Below, piece after piece: positions 37,110-48,399 of a stretch of DNA of 64,000 nucleotides. Numbering within the stretch: the stretch's first letter is position 1; each line of letters opens with the position of its first letter. Position numbers and translations under genes: made by a program. This stretch comes from Felis catus (taxonomy: Eukaryota). Below the pieces are notes generated by a model. The model did no database searches. It saw only the letters and a list, made by a program, of their open reading frames with translations, and had not been told where the DNA came from. The stretch spans positions 24,430,001 to 24,494,000 of the forward strand of contig NC_058368.1 of assembly GCF_018350175.1 (NCBI RefSeq), given 5' to 3'.

Positions 37110-37325
37110 ACGTTTTTTTTTTTTTCAACGTTTATTTTTGGGACAGAGAGAGACAGAGCATGAACGGGGGAGGGGCAGAGAGAGAGGGAGACACAGAATC
37201 GGGAACAGGCTCCAGGCTCTGAGCCATCAGCCCAGAGCCCGACGCGGGGCTCGAACTCAGGGACGGCGAGATCGTGACCTGGCTGAAGTCGGAGGCTTAA
37301 CCGACTGCGCCACCCAGGCGCCCCC
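37110..37325 (-). mobile_element. Young SINEC_Fc inserted into an L1 A-tail
   Basis: TSD catttattttatttttaa at 37092 and 37326. Confidence 0.95.
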
Positions 37326-37343
37326 CATTTATTTTATTTTTAA

Positions 37344-37500
37344 GTGTTGTAGTTTTGTTTACTTTTTATTTATTTATTTAATATGAAATATATTGTCAAA
37401 CTGGTTTCCATACAACACCCAGGGCTCATCCAGACAGGTTCCCTCCTCAATACCCCTCACCCGCTTTCCCCCTCCACCCCACCCCCAACGACCCTCAGTT
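37344..37500 (-). mobile_element. Very short felid L1 3'-end insertion
   Basis: Reverse complement resembles the 3' UTR of the L1 near 47700-47880; TSD ggatg(g/t)atactcattta at 37081 and 37501. Confidence 0.8.
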
Positions 37501-40500
37501 GGATGTATACTCATTTAAAATAAAATAACACTTACGCATTTTAAATTTACATGTTAGCATTAATTTTAAGTATTAAAATTTATTTAATATTTTATTAAAA
37601 TCTATTTTAATATTTTAATATTTAATAATACAATTTATTTAATACTTATTTGTTAAAAAATAAGTATGATTTCTTTGACGGGGATACAAGCCTTTTATAC
37701 TAAAGGTTGCTGATGGAATCGTCTGTTTATTTATGTCCCACACATACTGTATGTAGTCACCTGTAGAAAAATCCAGGTGCCAGAACTTTGGTCATAATAA
37801 GCATGCCACAGACCTGGGCACATCTTTCTCGTATTTTGTTGATCTATTCTCTCAAGCTCTAGTGCACGTACGTTACCACTGGATGCCCCTCTATTCCTTG
37901 TAATTTCCCCAAGAGATAAAGGAAATACATGTGCACACAAAAACCCATTAGCTGTCCAGCAAATATTTATAAAGGACAGGAGAAATTATGTTTCCTTTAA
38001 TCCTCTGCCCACTAAAGACCACATCGGCTGCCTGACTTTTTTGTTTTTTGTATTTTCTTTTTTTTGAAACCACTCATCTGGCAGCAATTTTTCTCAAGCA
38101 AGTAAGTGCCTCAGGCTGCAAACCACTATCCTGCCCCCCACTTGTCTCCTGGAAGCCTCTGTGCTAAAAACAGGCCTTTTGCAGAAACGATGTTTAAAAT
38201 ACGGCCAGACAGCGTCTGATAAGGTAACGGCCAACATTTGTTTTCAAATCTACCCTGTAGGCTCCATCTGAAAGCAGAATTTAAAAAAAAAAAAAAACAA
38301 TTTTTTTTAACTGGCTCATAACAGAAGATCAAATTAGCGGGGGGAAAAGGGCCACTCATTCAGAAGTAGAAATTACAGATTTGGTGGTGGCGGGATGAGC
38401 CTTCCCACCCAGCATCTCCAGTCACTCTCCCTGCCCAGTCTGGGTGGAGGATGGCACAGGGAGGGGGGAGGAGGGGCGGGAAGACCGTAGGCTTTTATCG
38501 CTAATGCTTCCTCTTCCATCTTTCTCTGTCGAACGACTCCCTACTAGATTTATTGGCCTATTTCCTCATGTCAGGATGAAACAAGGCAGCTCAACATAAT
38601 CTGAATACTTTTGACAGCTTTAGTTTACAGGATAAACTTCTCTTGGCTTCAAGGACCACGATCCCTCACTCGACATAATTCCTGAACTAAGGAATTTGCA
38701 AACCAAAGCACTACCGTATGGTTTTACTTTTAGAGAGCCTTATTTTAATGTGTTTTGACCATGGCACTTATTAATATCCATGACTTCAGACTTAATGGTG
38801 GTATTTAACATTATTTATTATCAGTTTATCAGAAAGTTATTTTCCCTAAAGTATGCAATAATAAAAATAACTATATTCTGACATGTGATTTTAGGATCAG
38901 GGGACCATATATATTTTTTTATTCTACTGGAATACAACTCTTTTCAGTATATGGGTTCACTTAATAATTGAGCTAGAACTCACTTAGTAGGAAATAATTT
39001 ATAGAAAGATTGTTATAACATATTCACCTAGTTAACTAGGGAAGAGGTCACCAACTGTGGAATTAGAAAGCCTGGGTTCAAATCTCATGTGTGTCACAAA
39101 CGTTTAGTTTAGGTAGAACATTTAACCCCTCTGGGTTTTGCCGTCTATAAAACATAAATAATAATACCTATCTAACATGAGACATGAGACTCTGGATGAA
39201 AAAGTGCTCAGCCCAACATTAAGTCTCTACAGAAAGATTAAACCATACCCAAACACTCATGTAGCAAACCAGTGGGTAGGGGACCAAAAAGAAGGTATGT
39301 TCACTTAGTTTGGTTTCAGTTATTTATTTTATTTCCTAACTGCTAAAATTGCCGCCACTTCTAAAATACGGTTACGTGTTCCACTCATTGAAAACATATG
39401 CCAATTAAACACAAAGATGGTCCCTCCGAGGCATGCTCGGAAGAACCAGGCCCGGGCTGTACAATTTCAGGCTGAAACGCAACCAAGTAACCATTACCGG
39501 TCTGGAAAACCTGGACTGGAACATACAATCACATGAATGACTTTCTCTGTGGCTGTTTAGACGCATGCTGTGACACTTTCTTCATAGGTTTGTGATGGTT
39601 GCTGATCTCACATCATTATTGCTGTTACAGCACAGAGCAACAGAGCACAGAGAAAGGAGGGCAGGTTTCGTGGTGCGGACACCCCCGGGCTCACCCTACA
39701 GGAGTCTCAGCCAGGGAGAGGAGAAAACAACGATGCAGCCGTGGCTGTTACTGTCTGAATAGTCGACCTGGGCTTGGCGTGCGACCTACTGTGAATGGCA
39801 GATATTTTAGATATTTTACTTTAGCCAACCAAGCAAGTTTCCTTTCTCACAGGATACCTCACCTCACCAAATTTTGTTTTTATGGCTTGTGGGGTTCTTT
39901 TGGTTTTTTGCATACCCTGTTTGCCTTTCATTCAAGGCAGAGTAGTGTTTTTATGATTTTTTTTTTCTAGTTTGCATACGACACTTGGCTGTTAATTGTC
40001 TTTATATGCACACTTCAGTGAACAATATCTATCGAGAACCATTTCCTTTTTCCTGCTGGCTCCATTCTGAAAAACCCACCATAGCAAAATGTCTCACCCT
40101 CCTTTCCCCTAATGACAGAGGACTTCCTCTTCCTCGCCAGCCCCTCCCCCTGCACTCCCCCCACCCCCCCCCATCACTGTATGCTTGAGACCTTGACCTC
40201 AACAACCAGAGCCTTGCTTCAGGTTGCCTGGGATATTTCGGCTGGCTTTCACTTTATAAATACAAATTACATACATACGCTTCTAGTAATATTTTACGTG
40301 AAATTGTTAAAGCAGTAATTTGATTGAGATTACGTGCGTGCACAAAATCTGGGCGCCCACGCTGAAATCGAATTTGGAAAGCAGTTACGCTGTCTACCGC
40401 TCGAGGATGGCTATCACTCAAAGACTTAACATGTTGCAAGACCAGAAACGCAGAATCATCACGTCCCTGAATCATGGACCAGCTGTTGAACTCCAAACCC

Positions 40501-41215
40501 GTCCCGTCTCACATTCCGCCCACGAGGGCTGTGTTTGGAGAAGGGAAAAGGGTCAGCTTCGGAGAGGAGACCTCACAGAAACGCAAGAAGCAAAAAGTGA
40601 GTGTCTACAGCGGCTCAGAATTCAGGCCGACTGCTGCTGCACCACTCGCGGTGCATTGCCACTGTGCGTCCCTGTACCATATTTGGCCCCTGCGACTGAA
40701 CCTGTTTCTCACAGTGACAGCCTATCAGTCTCCTCCTGAGTATAAATAAAGCCTTGCTTAAAATACTCCACTTTTTTTTTATACTCTCAATGGCCCGCAA
40801 CTACCACTCCTGATGTCTATAATTAGATTTCAAAGTGTAGTCATCAATAACTCGTCCCTTCTCAGTTATTTCCTCTCCTTTTTCCTCAGCGCTCTTCAAT
40901 TCTGAAAGGGTAAGGCTCCGAAAACCAGTGCTTTAAATTTCCTCTTTCATATTTTACCATGCCCTTCCTTCACCCTAAAATGGAGCTAAATGTTCACAAT
41001 CCAGGGAACACTGCATGTTCAAAGAGAATGCCATAAGGGATGCTACAAAGAATAGTAATTTGCTAAACACCTTCAGAGGCAAGAATGTAGATTTGGGGTT
41101 GTAAGTATGAAGAGTGTAGAAGCCTGAGCCCTATGCCCTGAAAAAACACCACTGCGTAAAACACTGTTGCTGGCATAAAGGCAAACCACCCTAAATGGCT
41201 TAAAGGATGTAGCGA

Positions 41216-41432
41216 GGGACGCCTGGGTGGCTCAGTTGGTTAAGCATCCAACCTTGACTTGGGCTCAGGTCATGATCTCGTGGTCCTGAGATAGAGCCCC
41301 GCGTTAGGTTCAGCATTGAATGTGGAGCCTGCTTGGGATTCTCTCTCTACCCCCCACCCCTCTGCCTCTCCCCTGCTCAGTCTCTGTCTCTCTCTCTCAA
41401 AATAATAAAATGAACATTAGAAGTTAAAAAAA
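41216..41432 (+). mobile_element. CAN-SINE (older)
   Basis: head gggacgcctgggtggctcag. Confidence 0.9.
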
Positions 41433-41714
41433 GCATTTGTACTGGCACTAAGTATAATTCTCCCACTTTCTAGTGCCATGTTCCAGGTAGAATGGACCCC
41501 TAGCCTCCTGTTATGCAGAAAGTGGCCTACCTCACCTGCCTTCTCCTCCTTGCAATTCTATCAAGTCAAATGTTACTTTAACATTTTTTCCCCACCTGAA
41601 AAGAAAGGGATATCCATACTGACTTCAATGAGAACAGGATGCTCAGATCAACTTCCACCCAGGGACACTGCATGAATACAAAATATTAATAATAAAATTT
41701 AAAATGCCTGAACA

Positions 41715-41926
41715 TTTTTTTTTCAACATTTATTTATTTTTGGGACAGAGAGAGACAGAGCATGAACGGGGGAGGGGCAGAGAGAGAGGGAGACACAGAA
41801 TCGGAAACAGGCTCCAGGCTCTGAACCGTCAGCCCAGAGCCTGACGCGGGGCTCGAACTCACAGACTGCGAGATCGTGACCTGGCTGAAGTCGAACGCTT
41901 AACCGACTGTGCCACCCAGGCACCCC
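41715..41926 (-). mobile_element. Young SINEC_Fc
   Basis: TSD gcctgaacattttt. Confidence 0.94.
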
Positions 41927-42436
41927 AGCCTGAACATTTTTGTTTATCATCTGAAGACATATGTCTCTCCATCTATTTCTAGGAATTTTTAAATGCAGAT
42001 GGAAATGCATGTAAGTCTATGTACATCCTCTTTTTCCTACTTATTCTTCCAAGGAAATCAGTTGTCAGAGAGCTCCTATCATGTAACTTGACGGCCAATA
42101 ATAACAAAGTTCCACTTAAGGCTCTAATACTGTTACAAATCAGTAGCATATCCACTTTGCTAATCGTACTAGAGAATCCACTTACTTTTTACGAGATCTT
42201 TTGCACTATTTTTCTTAACCCAGATTGTAATAGATATGAGACAGCATACCGCAAAACTTGATTTGACAATTCAAGAAACATTTCTTGGGTAGTTACTATG
42301 TATAAGGCACTGTGCTAGGCACTTAGACAATTATATTTTATTTATATTCACAACAGTGGTGTAACATAAGCATTTAACCTGGACCTTTCAGATGCAAAAA
42401 CTGATATTGTTCAGAGAGTTTAAAACCCTTGCTCCA

Positions 42437-42654
42437 GGGGCACCTGGGTGGCTCACTCGGTTAAGCCTCTGACTCTTGGTTTTGGCTCAGTCACGATCTC
42501 ACGGTTCGTGAGTTTGAGCCCCGCACTGGGTTCTGCACTGGCAGCATGGAACCTGCTTGGGATTCTCTCTCTCCCTCTCTCTCTGCCCCTCCCCTGCTCA
42601 TGCTGTGTCTGTCTCTCTCAAAATAAATATATAAACTTAAAAAAAAAAAAAAAA
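42437..42654 (+). mobile_element. CAN-SINE
   Basis: head, (CT)n, A-tail. Confidence 0.92.
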
Positions 42655-44232
42655 CTTGCTTCAAATTGCCTAGCTGGTGAGTTGTTCTGTGCTGTGTGGT
42701 TTGAAACCAAGTGGGTTAGGATTCATATCAATGTGTGACCTTCCTCCAATACAACCCAGCCTATTTTCACTTACTTTGGAATAAAAAGTGAAGGGAAGCC
42801 AGGAAAACAGTAGGAGGAGGACCCCAAATTTCAAGCAGGAGGCAACGAGATGCTAGACTGGTCATTCAACGATTAATGTCTATGTAAAAGTTTGAAGGGC
42901 GGGGTCAAAGATAATTTCTGAGATTCCACGCTGGGGGGCTGGAGAAAAACAGGGGCACGGACAGGAACGAGGATGCTAATTTGGGAAAGAAGAAAGTGAG
43001 CTTAGTTCAGCAGACACTGAATTTCGAGGAGTCAATAAGCATCTAAGAGGAACTGAATTTTAGGCAATCGGGAAAATGAAGACAAATGCCCAAATGACTC
43101 GAGGAGCTGGAGACTATATTTGAGACACCCGAGGCCAGGGTCTGAGAGAGAAGCGTTAAGGACCAAAGACGGAGCTGTGGGGAATTCTAGCAACAAGGTG
43201 CAAAAAGAGAAAGAACATCCAGATGGGGGATAAAGAAGAAAGAGAAAGACCCAGAGGGGCACGCAGGAAAGCCTGTGACCAAGTCAAGGGAGGACGGTGC
43301 CGTGGTGTTACATGCTGACTGGAAGCGAATTATTTTTCCACACTGACTGAGTGCCTGCTCTGCTCAAGAGCGTGTCCTAAACTCTGAGAAAACATGAAAT
43401 GTCCATGAATCCTGAGACTTAACCTTTAACAAGATTAGACACTATCTCGCTGAGCTGACATCACCTACGTCCCACTTGAAGACGGGTCACGGAGTTTTCA
43501 AACGCCGTAGCGGCACATATTTCCGACTGGGTTTCTCGAGATTTAAGGCAAGACGTTAGTGACTCTTAGCAAATGAAAGTGAGACTCCCTTTATGGATTC
43601 TCCCCGTGAAGTGGGGTGAAAGGGTCTCAGGCTCATCCTAATAACTCTTTACACAAGTGTCTGCCGACTTTGGGCACCTCTGTCGAACGACCCAAGGTTG
43701 CCTCTGCCAAAAATCCCGGGCTGTTCTCTCGGCGGTCTCTCGCTGGGACTGACGGTAGGGGAGGGACCACTATTCCTAACAGTTGGCTTCAATTCCCTCA
43801 AGATCACCTACTTGAAGAATGACTGGCCAACAAAAGTAAACGTGCTACCCTCATAGCACACACGTTGCCTCTTCAACCCTGTCCCGCCACCCGCCTGCAC
43901 ACAGCCAGCCTCTCACCATCTTTGGGACCCAGGCAACGAAGAGTTTCCCAATCCACAGTGAATACCACTGCCGATTTTTTTCTTCTACCTCTAGTCCCAT
44001 TCAAACTGCTCATAAGTGCCACGATCTAAATGAAATTATTTGGTGTACCAGGACACATCGTAAATGATTTCGAGATGGGCAGAATCACTGCTCGGGGCTT
44101 GTCTAGTACACCCTTCCCGGTTATCTCCGTTTTTCATGGTCTTTGACTTACTTTACAACCCTGTAACTTGTTCTAACACTGAAAACTGATAGTAATACAA
44201 GTAATTTTCGTGCATAGAAACACAGACAAATT

Positions 44233-44452
44233 GAGGCACGTGGGTGGCTCAATTGGTTAAGCATCTGACTTCGGCTCAGGTCATGATCTCACGGTCTGTG
44301 AGTTCAAGCCCCGCATCGGGCTTTGTACTTACAGCTCAGAGCCGGGAGCCTGCTTCAGAGTCTTGTGTCTCCCTCTCTCTCTGCCCCTCCCCCAATCATG
44401 CTCTGTCTCTGTCTCTCTCAAAAATAAATAAACATTAAAAAAAATTTTTTTA
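44233..44452 (+). mobile_element. CAN-SINE
   Basis: head, (CT)n, A-tail. Confidence 0.92.
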
Positions 44453-44713
44453 AAAGCACAAATTGTCATGAGTGCAGTGGAACTGCAACTGATTGCTGCC
44501 TTCTCACAACTATTCATAAATTCACTTCAGTAAGCCCGCTAGCGTGAATGCATGTGTGTGTTTGTGCGTGTTGAGTTCTCCTTTAAACAGGTTGTAACAT
44601 CTTACTGGTTTCTTCGTTAATTAATGAACTATATATATTTATATACTATTATACATTATATACATATAATCTTTGATGGATGTTATATTTGTATGAGAGT
44701 CATGATTTTTACC

Positions 44714-44913
44714 TTTTTTTTAATGTTTATTTTTGACAGAGAGAGAGACAGAGCGGGGAGGGGCAGAGAGAGAGGGAGACACAGAATCCGAAGCAGGCTC
44801 CAGGCTCTGAGCTGTCAGCACAGAGCCCGACGCGGGGCTTGAACCCACAGACCGCGAGATCATGACCTGAGCCGAAGTCGGACGCTCAACCGACTGAGCC
44901 ACCCAGGCGCCCC
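44714..44913 (-). mobile_element. CAN-SINE
   Basis: TSD tgatttttacctttttt. Confidence 0.94.
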
Positions 44914-46685
44914 TGATTTTTACCTTTTTAAAAGAATTACCCTTTAACGGGTGATTAGTTTCCACTATAGGGATGTGGCGTTGCAACGTTAAAATTTCAG
45001 TGCAGACAATTTAAAGACTCAGTTGCTTCAGACTTCTGGTCAAGGTCATTCTTTTTTTTCATTATGTAATATAGAGCTCTCAGAACCTCTGAAAAAATCC
45101 TCTCACCCCCTCCAAAAAAATTCCATCCTATAAAGGAGTTAGGGAAAAGAAAAAAAATCTTATGAACAAATGTCTTAAAAAATTAACAATTGTTTGAACA
45201 CCGGTGATGACATATATATTGCTTGTACTTTGCAGTAATTTTTTCTCAAAAGAGATTGCACATTTTATTTGATAGGTAATAAAAAAAGTAAAGTTTTTTT
45301 TTTTTAAGTACTAAATGAGAAAATAAGTCAGTTTGGATGGCACCTCTGTGTAACACACTTTATGCTTTAGTGTTTCCTGGGCCTTTCTGTCTTCTACTTG
45401 TATTTCATTTTTTCCTTCAATACATGGAGTCCATACAGATTACCTGGGCTCTGAATATAACAACATGAAGGGACATACTTTTTAACCTCGTCCTTTTTTA
45501 GGCATGAGGTCAGTTCTTAAAGGAGTCAGTGGGTGATAAAAATTCTTCTAAATTAGTGTTTACAAACTGGTGTTCTGGAAAGCACTGTTCTGGGAGATGC
45601 TAAACGGTAGGTCTCACAAAAAAAGAGGGAGGGGAAGAGTTCTGTGTTGCTTGGAGACATATAGTGCAGATCAGCACAATACATGGGCTTTGGGCTGTTT
45701 TGTTTGTTTGTTTAAGTATACCTATATCTGGCAGAACACTTTTCCATAGAATATACTTTGGGAAAACAATGTTTTATTTATTCCTTAATTGATCCAATGG
45801 CATCACTGAGGTTAGAAATAAGTAACTGCTTTTCAACCCCCTATGGAGTCTGGCGAGTAAGTTTCCTCCAGATGTATTATTCTCTATTCATGAACAGATG
45901 AATTAATCACTGAAAGGGGTCAATTTTCTTATGTTATTTTCACATTCCTTTCTGCTATGGCTTTCCAGCTGCCAAGAGGGGTATCAGAAAAACACTGCCT
46001 GATTTCATAAGGTTAATGTGGATATGCTTAGATTAATAGATAACAGTTCCACATGATCCAACTCTGAAAGTGACCCAGATCTTCTGGCTATTTTCTTACC
46101 ATTCACAGAGATTATCTCATTCCACCTGTCGTGACAGTCCATCTGGTCCAGAGAGTATGAAGGTGTTCCAAGAAATGGCAGGAGGTGAAAAAACAATGCC
46201 TCACAGAATAAACTCTGTCACCTAAACATTCCATCCCTTGAATGCTTCCAGATAAAGAACCACAGAATATGTGTTTATTCTTGACTTAACTTATCTTCCC
46301 TGGAGAAGTCTATTTATGATTATTACGCATGCTGAAATTCTTGGCTGCATTACTTTACCAAGATCGCCCCTCCCTGAGCTCTCACAGCACAGGTATTCTT
46401 TTCAGAAGTAGGGTAATACTTTTACATCATATTCTACAGTCTATTTTTTTTTACTTTTGAAAATGAAGCAATGCCTTTAGATTTGAATTGGGAAGCTGAG
46501 AAAACCAAGACTGTCTTTTTCCTCAAAAGCAACTCTTGTAAAAAAATTTTTTATTTGTCCTGTTACTATCATTGTTACTAACAAGCAAATAAGAACAGCA
46601 AGGAAACCAAAGCGAAGCCCTGGACTGGCCCTCACACCTCCAGACTGCAGTCAAAACCCACTCACCTTTAAAAAGCCCTAATTCC

Positions 46686-46890
46686 TTGTTTGGAGGTTCT
46701 AGCAGGGGAACACAGCTACTCACATACTCTTGACCAAAGAACAGTCCTCCTCTATCGGAGAAGGTTGTCCTCTTTGATCCAGTGTGCAGCTTTGGGAGGG
46801 ACGCACATGGAGCGGTGAGGAAGGAAGGGGACACCCGCCTAGCCAGCCAGATCAGCCGAATCAATGCTGGCGATCAACAGGGTGACAGAT
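46686..46890 (-). pseudogene. RN7SK: 7SK snRNA retrocopy fragment (about nt 27-231), inverted 5' part of a 7SK/L1 chimeric insertion
   Basis: Reverse complement reads ATCTGTCACCCTGTTGATCGCCAGCATTGATTCGGCTGATCTGGCTGGCTAGGCGGGTGTCCCC...GATAGAGGAGGAC...CTGCTAGAACCTCCAAACAA. It is colinear and ungapped with recalled human 7SK (about 22 mismatches in 205 nt by hand) and lacks both 7SK ends. Confidence 0.95.
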
Positions 46891-47892
46891 TTGCAAATGC
46901 CATAAAGGATAAAGGGTTAGTATCCAAAATCTATAAAGAACTTACCAAACTCAACACCCAAAAAACAAATAATCTAGTGAAGAAATGGGCAGAAGACATG
47001 AATAGACACTTTTCCAAAGAAGACATCCAGATGGCCAACAGACACATGACAAGATGCTCAACGTCACTCATCATCAGAGAAATACAAATCAAAGCCACAC
47101 TGAGACACCACCTCACACTGGTCAGAGTGGCTAAAATGAACAAATCAGGAAACTACAGGTGCTGGCGAGGATGCAGAGAAATGGGAACCTTCTTGCACTG
47201 TTGGTGGGAATGCAAACTGGTGCAGCCGCTCTGGAAAACATGTGGAGGTTCCTCAAAAAGTTAAAAATAGAACTATCCTATGACCCAGCAATAGCACTAC
47301 TAGGAATTTACCCAAGAGATACAGGAGTGCTGATGCATAGAGGCACATGTACCCCAATGTTTATAGTAGCACTTTCAACAATAGCTAAATTAAGGGAAGA
47401 GCCTAAATGTCCATCAATTGATGAATGGATAAAGAAGATGTGGTTTATGTATACAATGGAATACTACTTGGCGATAAGAAAGAATGAAATCCTGCCATTT
47501 GTAGCAATGTGGATGGAACTGGAAGGTATTAAGCTGAGTGAAATAAGTCAGGCAGAGAAAGAAAGACATATATTTTCACTCATATGTGGATCTTGAGAAA
47601 CTTAACAGAAGACCATGGGGAAAGGGAAGGGGAAAAATAGTTACAAACAGAGACAGAGGAAGGCAAACCATAAGAGACTCTTAAATACAGAGAACAAACT
47701 GAAGGTGGATGGGGGTGCAGTGGGGGAGAGGGGGGAAATGGGTGATGGGCATTGAGGAGAGCACTTGTTGGGATGAGCACTGGGTGTTGTATGTAAGCAA
47801 TGAATCATGGGAATCTACACCAAAAACCAAGAGCACACTTTACACACTGTATGTTAGCCAATTTGACAATAAATTATATTAAAAAAAAAAAA
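46889..47892 (+). mobile_element. 5'-truncated felid-type LINE-1 (ORF2 C-terminus, 3' UTR, poly-A)
   Basis: ORF2 C-terminal peptides ([18 protein letters not shown] ... [27 protein letters not shown]), AATAAA and A-tail; TSD aaaaagccctaattcc at 46670-46685 and 47888-47903 encloses both this L1 and the 7SK piece. Confidence 0.95.
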
Positions 47893-48399
47893 GCCCTAAT
47901 TCCATCTGACCCTCATGTTAAGACAGCAGGGAAGAAGGTATGGATGATGCTAACTGGGCAGAATCCAACAAAGAAAGGACTGAAGATTAAGAAGTCAAAT
48001 TCTCGCACACTCCAATTTAATGAGGCAAAGGCTTCAAGACTTGTTCTCATCTAATTTTATAATAAAATGACTTAACTCATAGAAATTCGGTATCAAGTCA
48101 AAGTTCGTTTTTAGCCAACCAACAAAGTATACTATTACAAGGGTAAGAGAGGGCATCACATCTCACTAAGAAGCCACAATACAGAGTTCTTTCACTACAC
48201 ATTCCAGTCACTGAGACTCTTTTCCATTAAGGATCCCACAATACTACAGTTTTTTCCTGCTTTCAAAGTAGTCCTGTCCTTCCACTCTCAATATGTTTAA
48301 ACACTTTTTTTTATTTGAAAACTACCCCAAATTTAAGAAGTGAGAAAGAATGAAAGAGCTAAGTTAACCAATAGGGAGTACCCAAAGTAGGCAGAAATA

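Noticed and set aside
40320..40739. 139-aa plus-strand ORF
   Set aside because: It has no recognisable domain, a non-ATG start, and lies antisense in an intron; the length is compatible with chance.
46686..46890. Functional 7SK gene
   Set aside because: It lacks nt 1-26 and the 3' ~100 nt including the U-tract terminator. The upstream sequence is antisense L1 rather than a PSE/TATA promoter, and CpG decay is present.
46782..47264. 160-aa ORF as a novel fusion protein
   Set aside because: It is a chance read-through from antisense 7SK into L1 ORF2, with a non-ATG start and a downstream frameshift.
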